DNA from: Minisyncoccota bacterium
GTDB lineage: Bacteria > Patescibacteriota > Minisyncoccia > Phycocordibacterales > JABAAK01
Reading direction: 5' to 3'
DNA: 64,000 nucleotides
Assembly: GCA_965216295.1 (NCBI GenBank)
Contig: OZ244141.1
Span: forward strand, 225,819 to 289,818
The notes beneath the pieces were generated by a model. The model worked only from the letters and a program-made list of their open reading frames with translations, was not told the DNA's origin and ran no database searches. The translations under genes were made by a program, and so were the position numbers. Shown one piece after another: positions 1 to 11,629 of the stretch (position 1 is its first letter; every line of letters begins with the position of its first letter).

Positions 1-179
1 GTAATTATAATATGGATTGTTAGTTTTTGTCAAGTAATACCACCAACAATCCCTCATCGTCCATTTTCTCTGAAATAAAATCATTACAATCCCTAACTCT
101 ATCTATTATATCTGAAGACTTCCACAAAGTAACATTGTGAGAGAAGTCTTTCTGTTAATGAAATAAAGCATGCTGTTGA
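1..179. repeat. Repeat block A copy 1 (promoter, hairpin and last 25 nt of the 1098..1451 gene)
   Basis: Near-identical to 944..1122 (offset 943). Confidence 0.95.
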
Positions 180-618
180 CAGTTTTTCAGACAGGGGAGT
201 ATGTATAAAAAAAATCCCGCCCCCACATAATGGAGGCGAGATAAAAAATTCCACTTTTTCACATCACAACAAACGAAAAATAAAGTTCATATGAGAGTAA
301 ACAAGTGAATAAATCTTTGATAGGATGTCAAAGTGTTCAAAGGAATTAGTATTTATCCTTTATTTATCTGACAAATTATTTATATCCGAACCTTTTAATT
401 CGGGCTCAGGTTTCTGTGTTTTCTCTTTGGCACACTTATAAGCTTGTGTTTTCCTAATGGCGTAATCTTTGCCATGTTCACAAGGCCCATAATCAATGCC
501 AACACGATCGTTGGGATTCATAAGAGATTTCACTATGTCAGTGCAATTGTTTTGACTTCCGCCTTCACAAAACTCCAATTCAATTTCAGAATTAAGAACA
601 CCGCGATTATTCTTGAAA
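180..618. repeat. Repeat block B copy 1 (terminator, 3' UTR and 3' part of CDS)
   Basis: Near-identical to 1601..2039 (offset 1421). Confidence 0.95.
206..242 (-). terminator. Intrinsic terminator (second copy at about 1627..1663)
   Basis: Minus strand atctcgcctcca..tgggggcgggat followed by a T run, downstream of 360..791. Confidence 0.75.
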
Positions 619-791
619 TTTTTCAAGCTACCCGCTGCTTGAGGGGGTGCCGGATTTGAAACCTTTTGTTCTAAAATTGGTTTCGGACCTTCAGAATTAA
701 GGGCACTACACCCCATCAACCCAAAAGAAAACAATATAAGAAAAAAATACAGTACAATACTGTCGTTTTCTCCACGAATTAAGTTGTTCAT
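360..791 (-). CDS. Orphan lipoprotein with Cys-containing C-terminal domain
   Basis: 143 aa with a hydrophobic stretch ending in lipobox LMGC. SD AAGGAGGAG upstream. C-terminal ~86 aa shared with 1781..2176. Confidence 0.8.
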   Translation of the reverse strand: MNNLIRGENDSIVLYFFLILFSFGLMGCSALNSEGPKPILEQKVSNPAPPQAAGSLKNFKNNRGVLNSEIELEFCEGGSQNNCTDIVKSLMNPNDRVGIDYGPCEHGKDYAIRKTQAYKCAKEKTQKPEPELKGSDINNLSDK

Positions 792-943
792 ATGAACTCC
801 TCCTTAAAAAGTAAATCACAAATTAAAATTTATGACACACAACAAATGAATGGACACTAAAAGACATCTCATTTAATAAAAAGAAAGTAGTAAAAACTAC
901 CACAAAATCTTTTCAAAAAAAATGTACCTCAAACTCTCCAAAG

Positions 944-1122
944 GTAATTATAATATGGATTGTTAGTTTTTGTCAAGTAATACCACCAACAATCCCTCAT
1001 CGTCCATTTTCTATGAAATAAAATCATTACAATCCCTAACTCTATCTATTATATCTGAAGACTTCCACAAAGTAACATTGTGAGAGAAGCCTTTCTGTTA
1101 ATGAAATAAAGCATGCTGTTGA
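944..1122. repeat. Repeat block A copy 2
   Basis: Near-identical to 1..179. Confidence 0.95.
947..976 (-). promoter_or_regulatory. Consensus sigma70 promoter TTGACA-N18-TATAAT (identical copy at 4..33)
   Basis: Plus strand ATTATA 947-952 and TGTCAA 971-976, pointing into 360..791. Confidence 0.8.
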
Positions 1123-1451
1123 TCATGACACACAATAAGAATGCTGTCATCGTCTATAAAGGCATAATCTGTTTTAGTACTGCAAGCAATACCAAAATTG
1201 TGGTCATCGTTTTTTCGATAAATTGTTAGAGCGGTTTGTCTTACAGTTTGCATCATGGCAATACAATCAGCATACTTTCCGTTTTGACACTTTGTAATTC
1301 GTAGACTGATTCCATCCCACTCACCGCTAAACTGAACATGCTTAACATTTCCATCATTTTGTGCACTGACAGATCCTATAAAAAGGAATCCTATCAATGT
1401 GGTAAAAAATAGCAATATAATACTACTTTTTATTATTGTTTTTAATTTCAT
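1098..1451 (-). CDS. Orphan secreted protein with 4 Cys
   Basis: ATG at 1451 follows SD AAGGAG. Signal peptide MKLK...VSA-Q. Confidence 0.8.
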   Translation of the reverse strand: MKLKTIIKSSIILLFFTTLIGFLFIGSVSAQNDGNVKHVQFSGEWDGISLRITKCQNGKYADCIAMMQTVRQTALTIYRKNDDHNFGIACSTKTDYAFIDDDSILIVCHDQQHALFH

Positions 1452-1600
1452 AAAAGAATCTCCTTTTTCAAAAACATGAATAAAAACCAATGAGTATGAT
1501 AATGAAAGATATCTACAACAAGAGGTGTGAAACCTCTGTCAAAATATACTTCATATATAAAAACTCTAATTACCATGATAAAATATTTTTACAGATCTGT

Positions 1601-2039
1601 CAATTTTTCAGACAGGGGAGTATGTATAAAAAAAATCCCGCCCCCACATAATGGAGGCGAGATAAAAAATTCCACTTTTTCACATCACAACAAACGAAAA
1701 ATAAAGTTCATATGAGAGTAAACAAGTGAATAAATCTTTGATGGGATGTCAAAGTGTTCAAAGGAATTAGTATTTATCCTTTATTTATCTGACAAATTAT
1801 TTATATCAGAACCTTTTAATTCGGGCTCAGGTTTCTGTGTTTTCCCTTTGGCACACTTATAAGCTTGTGTTTTCCTAATGGCGTAATCTTTGCCATATTC
1901 ACAATCTCCATAATCAATGCCAACACGATCGTTGGGATTCATAAGAGATTTCACTATGTCAGTGCAATTGTTTTGACTTCCGCCTTCACAAAAATCCAAT
2001 CCAATTTCAGAATTAAGAACACCGCGATTATTCTTGAAA
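1601..2039. repeat. Repeat block B copy 2
   Basis: Near-identical to 180..618. Confidence 0.95.
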
Positions 2040-2176
2040 CCTTCAAGGGCTCCACCGCCCGAACCTCGCGATGCGTTGGGTTGAGTGTCCTGTGCAACTG
2101 CAGAAGCAGAAAACATCAACAGAAAAAAACATGTACTAATAAAGTACACAAAACGTTTTGGTATAAGAATTTCCAT
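1781..2176 (-). CDS. Orphan secreted protein, paralog of 360..791 with a different N-terminus
   Basis: Signal peptide ending ASAVA-Q, SD AGGAGG, same FKNNRG...NNLSDK domain. Confidence 0.8.
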   Translation of the reverse strand: MEILIPKRFVYFISTCFFLLMFSASAVAQDTQPNASRGSGGGALEGFKNNRGVLNSEIGLDFCEGGSQNNCTDIVKSLMNPNDRVGIDYGDCEYGKDYAIRKTQAYKCAKGKTQKPEPELKGSDINNLSDK

Positions 2177-2466
2177 AAGAATTTCCTCCTATATATTACC
2201 AAATGAAATAAGCACAAAAAATCCACCATGAAAGTTTTGCCTTGTACAGAGAAAAGGTGTCACAAAAAAGTTACAAACAATTAAAAAACCGCCTTAAAAA
2301 CAATTTTGCAATGTACCCTCAAACTCTAAGATAATTCTATCATTATAATACAAAGTTTGTCAACATCACTATGGATATTTGTGGAGATAGAGTATATAGA
2401 TTCAGTAAATAGGGGCCCTATTTCTTTTTTGTACTTTTTTATATCATATATCAATCAAAAAACAAT

Positions 2467-2498
2467 AAAAAAAGAACCCCGCTATAACGCGGGGTTCT
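2467..2498 (-). terminator. Intrinsic terminator
   Basis: agaaccccgc/gcggggttct stem plus a T run on the minus strand. Related hairpin at 3219..3249. Confidence 0.8.
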
Positions 2499-2587
2499 AC
2501 CTTTTCAGGCTTGTATGAATAATGACCACTGACTAATCGGTTTTGAATCCGAGCAGTACATCATTCTGATTCTTTCAATCAACAATT

Positions 2588-3091
2588 TCAATCCTTAATC
2601 GTTTCAACAAAATTACTTTGCCGTGGTTTCAAAATTACAGCTTCTTGTCTCAAAGTATTTATTCTGGCAATAGAAGATTCTGTTATCGCAAAAAGGACAT
2701 CAGCTTTCTGTTCCAGAATCTTTATTCTATCAGCAGAAGATTTCTTTGCCGCAGCAAGAGCCTCAATTTCTCGTTCTAGGATTTCTATTTTAAGAATGTA
2801 AGGTTTTGTTGCTGCATCAAGATTCTCTACTCTGTCAATAACAGATTTCGTCGCTGTTGTGAGAGCTTCAAAGCCATTTAGCAAAGGTACAAGAGTATCA
2901 TTGACAAGCACTCTAAAATCATATGAACTTGTCGCCTCCTCACTGAGAACTGCATCCGAACCCCATGTTATATCATCACCAGGACTACTGGCAAAAGTAT
3001 TTGATGTTGGTAAGGTCACAATCGCAGAGACAAGAATAATTCCAAACAGGGTATATAAAACCTTGTTTTTTAACATTTTTGATCTTTCCAT
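2588..3091 (-). CDS. Orphan signal-anchored coiled-coil protein
   Basis: N-terminal hydrophobic segment, heptad repeats (RVENL/KIEIL/RIKIL/RINTL), GGAG upstream. Start uncertain. Confidence 0.75.
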   Translation of the reverse strand: MERSKMLKNKVLYTLFGIILVSAIVTLPTSNTFASSPGDDITWGSDAVLSEEATSSYDFRVLVNDTLVPLLNGFEALTTATKSVIDRVENLDAATKPYILKIEILEREIEALAAAKKSSADRIKILEQKADVLFAITESSIARINTLRQEAVILKPRQSNFVETIKD

Positions 3092-3218
3092 AAGTTTCAA
3101 ACTCCATATATTTATGAAAACAGAATATCCCTAACTATTAAGGTACTCTAATAGAATGATATCAATCAATAACTAAAATGTCAAGTACACTCTAATGCAT
3201 CCATAAACAGTACAAACA

Positions 3219-3249
3219 AAAGACCCCGCATTATAAACGCGAGGTCTTT
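3219..3249 (-). terminator. Intrinsic terminator
   Basis: aaagaccccgc/gcgaggtcttt stem downstream of 3315..3896. Confidence 0.7.
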
Positions 3250-3314
3250 ATAGCTTTCAGCCTGCACGGCAAGTATCTACAAAATACTACAGTATGCAGT
3301 AGTACTACTAACGG

Positions 3315-3896
3315 CTATATGAGAGCGCTGGGTTTTTGATGATTCTCATCATCAATGCAAGGCATAGTTACCGCAGTATCGTCAACCTCACCATACTTCA
3401 CCATAACTTGATACCATGACTCACCAATTCCACCCAATTGTGACGAGTCTAAGTGGCTTCGCAACTCCCACCCATCATGCAGTAACTCATTTACTTTCTT
3501 ATTAAGTTCCTTGGATTCACCGTTTACAACCAACTTGTAGTCAATTATCTTCCTCTCTCTTTTTTGCTCTAGCATATTACTACATAATTTATGCAAAAGA
3601 TCTAACTTGTCGGAAATAGATTTTTTGTTTTCTATCAAAGCATCTTTAATCCTTTGATCTACAAGTTGTACCCTATTATTAAGAGAATCTTTTTTTTGAA
3701 CTTGTTGGCTTATAATATCTAATTTTTCAGAAATGGGTTTCTGGTTTATAGTAAGATTTTCAACGTTCTGTTCTAAAGAATGTATACTTTGAAACATCTC
3801 TTGAAATTTCTGTTCCAAGGGTTTTGTTGTTGTATCAAAAACCTTTGTTGGTTCAGATTCGGTAATTCCTACATCATCATTGTTATATTCTGGCAT
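3315..3896 (-). CDS. Coiled-coil protein with C-terminal DUF1737-like domain
   Basis: C-terminal YKLV..LNKKVNELLHDGWEL..YQVMVKY resembles DUF1737. SD GAGGAGG. Confidence 0.7.
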   Translation of the reverse strand: MPEYNNDDVGITESEPTKVFDTTTKPLEQKFQEMFQSIHSLEQNVENLTINQKPISEKLDIISQQVQKKDSLNNRVQLVDQRIKDALIENKKSISDKLDLLHKLCSNMLEQKRERKIIDYKLVVNGESKELNKKVNELLHDGWELRSHLDSSQLGGIGESWYQVMVKYGEVDDTAVTMPCIDDENHQKPSALI

Positions 3897-4150
3897 AATG
3901 CCTCCTCAATTTTAGTCAACTTTTAAGTACTGTCAACCAGAAAGTACAAATATTCAATCAGAGAAATAGAGCATAACGCCATACTTCCATATGAATAACT
4001 GCAATTAGCATAGCACCAAAACCTATATTATACAAAACATCACAAAAAGCACGATATAGTTTTTCAATTATTGAACAAACTGCTGAGAAGGTGAGTGTGT
4101 TCATTGGAACGATATACCCACTCATACACAGTCGTGATACACTAAGAAAT

Positions 4151-4765
4151 ATGGAGCATGACGCATTGATATGTATTGTTGGTGATGGGGTACGTGGCAG
4201 ACTACTTCGCCTCTTTGTGACAAATAGTGATTTTGTTTTTATACCCAGCAAGCTTGCACAGACACTCCAAATACGTCTTACCAACGTGACGCGTGCCTTA
4301 GTTCAATTAGAGCGTGATGGCATCATTGCCAAAAAGAAACTCACCAATCGTGAACGAAAAGAAGAGTCTGTAAAAGATGTTGCCGGATACCTCTTGAACA
4401 AGAGGTTTTCCTCACTACATCTTTTGCAAGATCTTGTTGAAGAGACACTTCCTGCAGGCAAAGCAGGACTTATCAGAAAACTGATACGAGTGCCAGGCAT
4501 GAAGGTCATTATTACAACAGGAGAATTTCGTGAAAAAGAGAAGAAGGGAAAGATTGATTTTCTCCTCGCTGGAAGCGGTGTGAATGATATGATGGTTCGT
4601 CAGCTCATCCGTACGACGGAAAAAGAGACAGGAAAAGAGCTCACCTATGCCCTCCTTTCAGTGAATAATATGGCACATCGTATGCAGATAAATGATAAGT
4701 TTATCCGCGGTATCTTTGATGTGCCACACAGTGTCCACCTTGATCGAACAGGACTCTGTTCATAG
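4151..4765 (+). CDS. Winged-helix regulator fused to a nucleotidyltransferase-like domain
   Basis: N-terminal GDGVRGRLLRLF..wHTH, C-terminal TGEF..KIDFLLAG. TACACT 7 nt before ATG 4151. Confidence 0.65.
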   Translation: MEHDALICIVGDGVRGRLLRLFVTNSDFVFIPSKLAQTLQIRLTNVTRALVQLERDGIIAKKKLTNRERKEESVKDVAGYLLNKRFSSLHLLQDLVEETLPAGKAGLIRKLIRVPGMKVIITTGEFREKEKKGKIDFLLAGSGVNDMMVRQLIRTTEKETGKELTYALLSVNNMAHRMQINDKFIRGIFDVPHSVHLDRTGLCS

Positions 4766-4859
4766 CTCCACGACACGGAGAGTAAAATGCTATATACTGC
4801 GGTATATCAGGATTCAAGTCTTTGGGTACTGATTACAAATTAACAAATAGCTATTTTGT

Positions 4860-5537
4860 ATGGTAAACGGTGATTTAATTTCAGAAAATGCACTGGAGGT
4901 GCTACAACTGCCAGCGGCTTTTTTGCCGAAACTTGTAGTAGCGATTGTTGTCTTTGCCATTGGTCTTATCATAGCCTGGCTCGCACAACGTCTCATTGAG
5001 GCATTTTTCAAAGCAGTTCCCATCTTTGATGAGACCTTGAGAAATATTGGTCTTGAAGAGATTACACGTCGTGCAGGCATACATATCAATCTGGGACGAT
5101 TCTTTGGAATCATTCTCAGGGTGTTTGTTATCGTCATAGCACTTGTCATGTCATTTGACATACTTGGTTTTGAACAGATTAACACGTACCTCATTGATTC
5201 AGTACTTGTTGGATTCATCCCGATGGTGGTGAAAGCGTCAGTCATTCTTATTCTCGGACTCATCATTGCAAACTTTGTCAGTAACTTCGTTACAGGAGTT
5301 GCGCAGGCATCAAAAGTTGACGGTGGATTGGCAGCGGGTATTGCTAAGTACGCCATTATTGTACTCTCTGTCATCGCAGCACTCAGTGAACTGGGTATTG
5401 GTGAATTCGTTGGTGTTTTTGTCAGTGGTTTTATTGCTGCTATTTCTTTGGCATTGGGTCTTGCATTCGGTCTTGGAGGACAACAAGCAGCATCAGAGTT
5501 GCTTGAGAAGGTTCGCAGTGATATGCGTCGTCGATAG
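4860..5537 (+). CDS. TM-helix repeat protein (MscS-associated/CmpX-like)
   Basis: Two FLP/FIP..A..I...G..IA repeats and C-terminal ALGLAFGLGG. Confidence 0.8.
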   Translation: MVNGDLISENALEVLQLPAAFLPKLVVAIVVFAIGLIIAWLAQRLIEAFFKAVPIFDETLRNIGLEEITRRAGIHINLGRFFGIILRVFVIVIALVMSFDILGFEQINTYLIDSVLVGFIPMVVKASVILILGLIIANFVSNFVTGVAQASKVDGGLAAGIAKYAIIVLSVIAALSELGIGEFVGVFVSGFIAAISLALGLAFGLGGQQAASELLEKVRSDMRRR

Positions 5538-5555
5538 GAAGCAATCATTCGTAAA

Positions 5556-5596
5556 AAACAAAAAGAAGTGTCTCTCATTGACACTTCTTTTTGTTT
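5556..5596. terminator. Bidirectional-type terminator hairpin
   Basis: Perfect aaacaaaaagaagtgtc/gacacttctttttgttt inverted repeat after 4860..5537. Confidence 0.75.
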
Positions 5597-5886
5597 GTGA
5601 TGATTTATCCACACTTTTTCCATACAGTAAGGTGAAGACGTGGGGGTAGTAGGGGTGAAAATTGTTTGTAAATCTATACTTCGTCCTGTATACTGGAAAC
5701 AGTGAAAAAGGATAGGCACTGCAGTCACTGATTTTCCGTTTGGTGTTTAGCCTATAGTTGGCACCCCACACGGGTGTCAACTTTTTCGTATGTACCTTAT
5801 CTATACATGCAAGAATAGCAGAGCAAATAAATCGTTCATATAAAAAAATATAATAGATATGAAAATGAATGGCACTTTGATTTCCT

Positions 5887-8842
<2,956 letters not shown>

Positions 8843-8914
8843 GGAAATCAAAGTATCATTCAAAACGATATCCTGGTATTCTTGTGATAGTAAAATAGAG
8901 AAACACCACTCTAG

Positions 8915-9022
8915 TCTGGTGATGAAACCGAAGGAGAAACACCCGTTCTCATTCCGAACACGGTCGTTAAGTCCTTCAGGGGCGATAGTACTGCGTATGC
9001 GGGAGGGTAGCTCGTCGCCAGA
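8915..9022 (+). rRNA. rrf: 5S rRNA (short, about 108 nt)
   Basis: acacccgttctcattccgaacacgg..gttaag motif, tctggtga/tcgccaga terminal stem, outer stem aaacaccactcta/tagagtggtgttt. Confidence 0.93.
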
Positions 9023-9066
9023 GTAGAGTGGTGTTTTTCGTGCCGTGGCATTTCTTTTGTATATAT

Positions 9067-9107
9067 AAAAAAATGACCTGCGTACACAAATGTAATACGC
9101 AGGCCAT
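9067..9107 (-). terminator. Terminator of the ATGACC(T/A)GC family (relatives at 10161..10192 and 11547..11589)
   Basis: atgacctgcgta/tacgcaggccat stem with a T run on the minus strand. Confidence 0.75.
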
Positions 9108-9179
9108 GTTAATGATTAATGTTCAATAAAAAGTACTTTCAAAGTGTTCATCTCATTCTATTGGAACTGCTGAGATGAT

Positions 9180-10007
9180 TTACCGTAAATCTCTCAAAGA
9201 GTTTCCTTTGTTTAGCAACAAATCCTGATCCTCAGAAATTTTATGAGACTGTGTGTCATATTTTTTTCTGAGAATAGTGGCAATGGAACTTATCCTTGTG
9301 CATGGGCATATTTCATACCATCCAAGAGAAACCTCATCCACCTTTTCGTGGGGTTTGTTGATATTATCAAGTGCCCGGTTAAGAAACTGTGCATCATGAT
9401 TCCATCGCAAAACCTGCTTCAAATTCGTCCTTGGAACTTTTTTTACCGGACAAATCATAAACCATTGAATGTATTCTATTGGTAGTACTGTATCTCCCCG
9501 TTGGGCAAGACGTACTATTTCTTTAAGATGTCTAAATGCGTCAGTGAATGCACTGTCTGCATTAAGTTTTTTTACAGGACGATGTTTTGCTGTTTCCTTT
9601 TTGTAGTTTTGACCGCTTGCTTTACCTATTTTTGCGGCAAGTGTCTGGAATTTACGGATACTTGCTTGCAATCTATCAGTTGCGTTACGGACTAATTTAT
9701 CAGGACTCGTCAAAAACCACTCTCGCATACCAAACGACAGCCGTGCAGTTTCTTCGGAAATTGTATTATCCCTACTACTTTGCATGAGAGATATTTTTCT
9801 TTTTATCTCATCATTTGCATTGTTGATGATAAATATCAAACTATCGTCAAGAAAACTTCTCAGTTCTAGACTAACAACGATAATTTTGTCTTTAGCCTTT
9901 TTCTTGACAGTTTTAGAAATGAGACGCTTGGTCTTACTTCCACTAAGTTGAGTATTTTTACTCTTTTTTACAGGTTTCTTAGAAGAAACATTGGGTTTAC
10001 TATTCAT
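9180..10007 (-). CDS. Orphan basic helical protein
   Basis: 275 aa ORF, SD AGGAG, Lys-rich N-terminus, three W-[FY]-x-x-[SC]-P motifs. Confidence 0.75.
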   Translation of the reverse strand: MNSKPNVSSKKPVKKSKNTQLSGSKTKRLISKTVKKKAKDKIIVVSLELRSFLDDSLIFIINNANDEIKRKISLMQSSRDNTISEETARLSFGMREWFLTSPDKLVRNATDRLQASIRKFQTLAAKIGKASGQNYKKETAKHRPVKKLNADSAFTDAFRHLKEIVRLAQRGDTVLPIEYIQWFMICPVKKVPRTNLKQVLRWNHDAQFLNRALDNINKPHEKVDEVSLGWYEICPCTRISSIATILRKKYDTQSHKISEDQDLLLNKGNSLRDLR

Positions 10008-10306
10008 GATAAAATCTCCTATATTTAATTAAAAAATCGAAACCACATAAAACTACATGATTTCAGATAAAAATAAACTCCACTTGTCATTGTGGCGAAA
10101 AAATACTGATTTGTCAAGTTTTCTTTGTTTGTTATACATAAACGACAGAAAGGGTATATATAAAAATATGACCAGCATATAATGCTGGTCATGTTTGAAA
10201 TAGTTATGGAGGGGGTGTGAATGCTCACCCCCTCACACAACCAATAACTGTTGTGGCGTTGAGAGAGAGAAAGTAAAAAATACTCCTCTTCCAAAACCGA
10301 TAACTG

Positions 10307-11329
10307 TTACGTTGAAGCGTTCACAGCAGGGGGTTGAGTCTCTGTTGCTGGGTTGTTTGAACATTGCAACGGATATCTTTGATTAAATCTTTCGATCCTA
10401 TTGATCGTTGCTGGCTTTTCATTATCTTTTCTCTCTTCCGAACCATCCTCGTTAGAAGAAGATTCAGTCTGAGAGTTTAGATTTGAAGGACCACCACCAT
10501 CATTTGCTGGCTTTTCATTATCTTTTCTCTCTTCCGAATCATCCTTTTTAGGAGAAGATTTAGTCTGAGAGTTTAGATTTGAAGGACCACCACCATCATT
10601 TGCTGGCTTTTCATTATCTTTTCTCTCTTCCGAATCATCCTTTTTAGGAGAAGATTTAGTCTGAGAGTTTGAAGAAATGGAGAAAGGGCTCTTATAATTT
10701 GATGCCATTGGCGACAAATCATCATGAAACCACACCAAGAATAATATACGAGAAATGTCTTCATATGCTATCGCTTTCTGAAGATTTTTTCCAAATACGT
10801 TTAGAAAATTCTTTCGGTCCTGGCGAGGATTACTCGTTATCGATGCATCAACGTTATCCGGAGAAATCTTTAAGGATTTACCTTTAAGTTTTTTCTCAAG
10901 AATTTCATTTTTTTTAGCTACCAAATGGAGTTTTCCTACCAAATCACGAATCTCCTTCACAAGATCAGAGAGTTTCACGTACACTTTAAAGGCACCTTTA
11001 GGGAGGAAGCAATCAAAAGCATCATTTGCTTGAGGAGGTGTTGGAATTTTTAAAACCCAAAGACGCACACAAAAACCAAGATAATGTTTTCTCGGTAACG
11101 GTGACTCTTCTTTTTTCAAACTCACATATCTTGCCTCCGCTTCAGAAAGGGCAAGTGTGCAAAATTCGAGCATGGATTTAAAAACGCAGCAACACTTCTC
11201 AAGAACTGCCACTACAGGATCCTGTGTCCTAACAACATTCCTTGATTTATTTTTTTTAGAGGGTCGTCTTGATTGACGACCCTCTCCGTTTGTGTTTGCT
11301 TGTCTCGGCTGACCGTTTTTTGTACTCAT
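10307..11329 (-). CDS. Orphan protein with basic N-terminus and C-terminal 32-aa repeats
   Basis: 340 aa ORF with SD GGAGG. Confidence 0.75.
   Translation of the reverse strand: MSTKNGQPRQANTNGEGRQSRRPSKKNKSRNVVRTQDPVVAVLEKCCCVFKSMLEFCTLALSEAEARYVSLKKEESPLPRKHYLGFCVRLWVLKIPTPPQANDAFDCFLPKGAFKVYVKLSDLVKEIRDLVGKLHLVAKKNEILEKKLKGKSLKISPDNVDASITSNPRQDRKNFLNVFGKNLQKAIAYEDISRILFLVWFHDDLSPMASNYKSPFSISSNSQTKSSPKKDDSEERKDNEKPANDGGGPSNLNSQTKSSPKKDDSEERKDNEKPANDGGGPSNLNSQTESSSNEDGSEERKDNEKPATINRIERFNQRYPLQCSNNPATETQPPAVNAST
10408..10670. repeat. In-frame 96-bp tandem repeat, about 2.7 copies
   Basis: ttgctggcttttc at 10408, 10504 and 10600. Encodes NSQTKSSPKKDDSEERKDNEKPANDGGGPSNL. Confidence 0.95.
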
Positions 11330-11629
11330 ATGTTAAAACCTCCAGGTTTTTGAGTGAAAATGTCTCAGATCATTGAACAACTATCAAGGCTACACGAGGA
11401 ACCCCCCATATAACCTTTAATGATTGTAAAAGAACTGAGACGTGAATGAATGAATGACGGAATGTCACTCACCCTTAATCACATACAATATCTATTATAT
11501 ATAAATATTCACCTTTGTCAATAGTTGGCAATTGCCAGATAAGTACAAAAAAAATGACCTGCACGACACATACTATGCCGCGCAAGTCACCTATTTATCA
11601 ACAGAAATATTGAAAATCTGCTATATCTA

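Noticed and set aside
180-2039. DGR template/variable repeat pair
   Set aside because: The duplication includes UTR and terminator, the few mismatches are not clearly adenine-specific, and no reverse transcriptase is in the window.
5605-5613. Perfect DnaA box TTATCCACA (variant TTTTCCACA at 59322)
   Set aside because: Isolated boxes with no cluster and no dnaA/dnaN nearby, which is insufficient for oriC.
4814-5728. 304-aa minus-strand ORF
   Set aside because: Antisense shadow of the membrane protein 4860..5537.
10408-10670. CRISPR-like periodic repeat
   Set aside because: In-frame coding repeat with no unique spacers and no cas genes.
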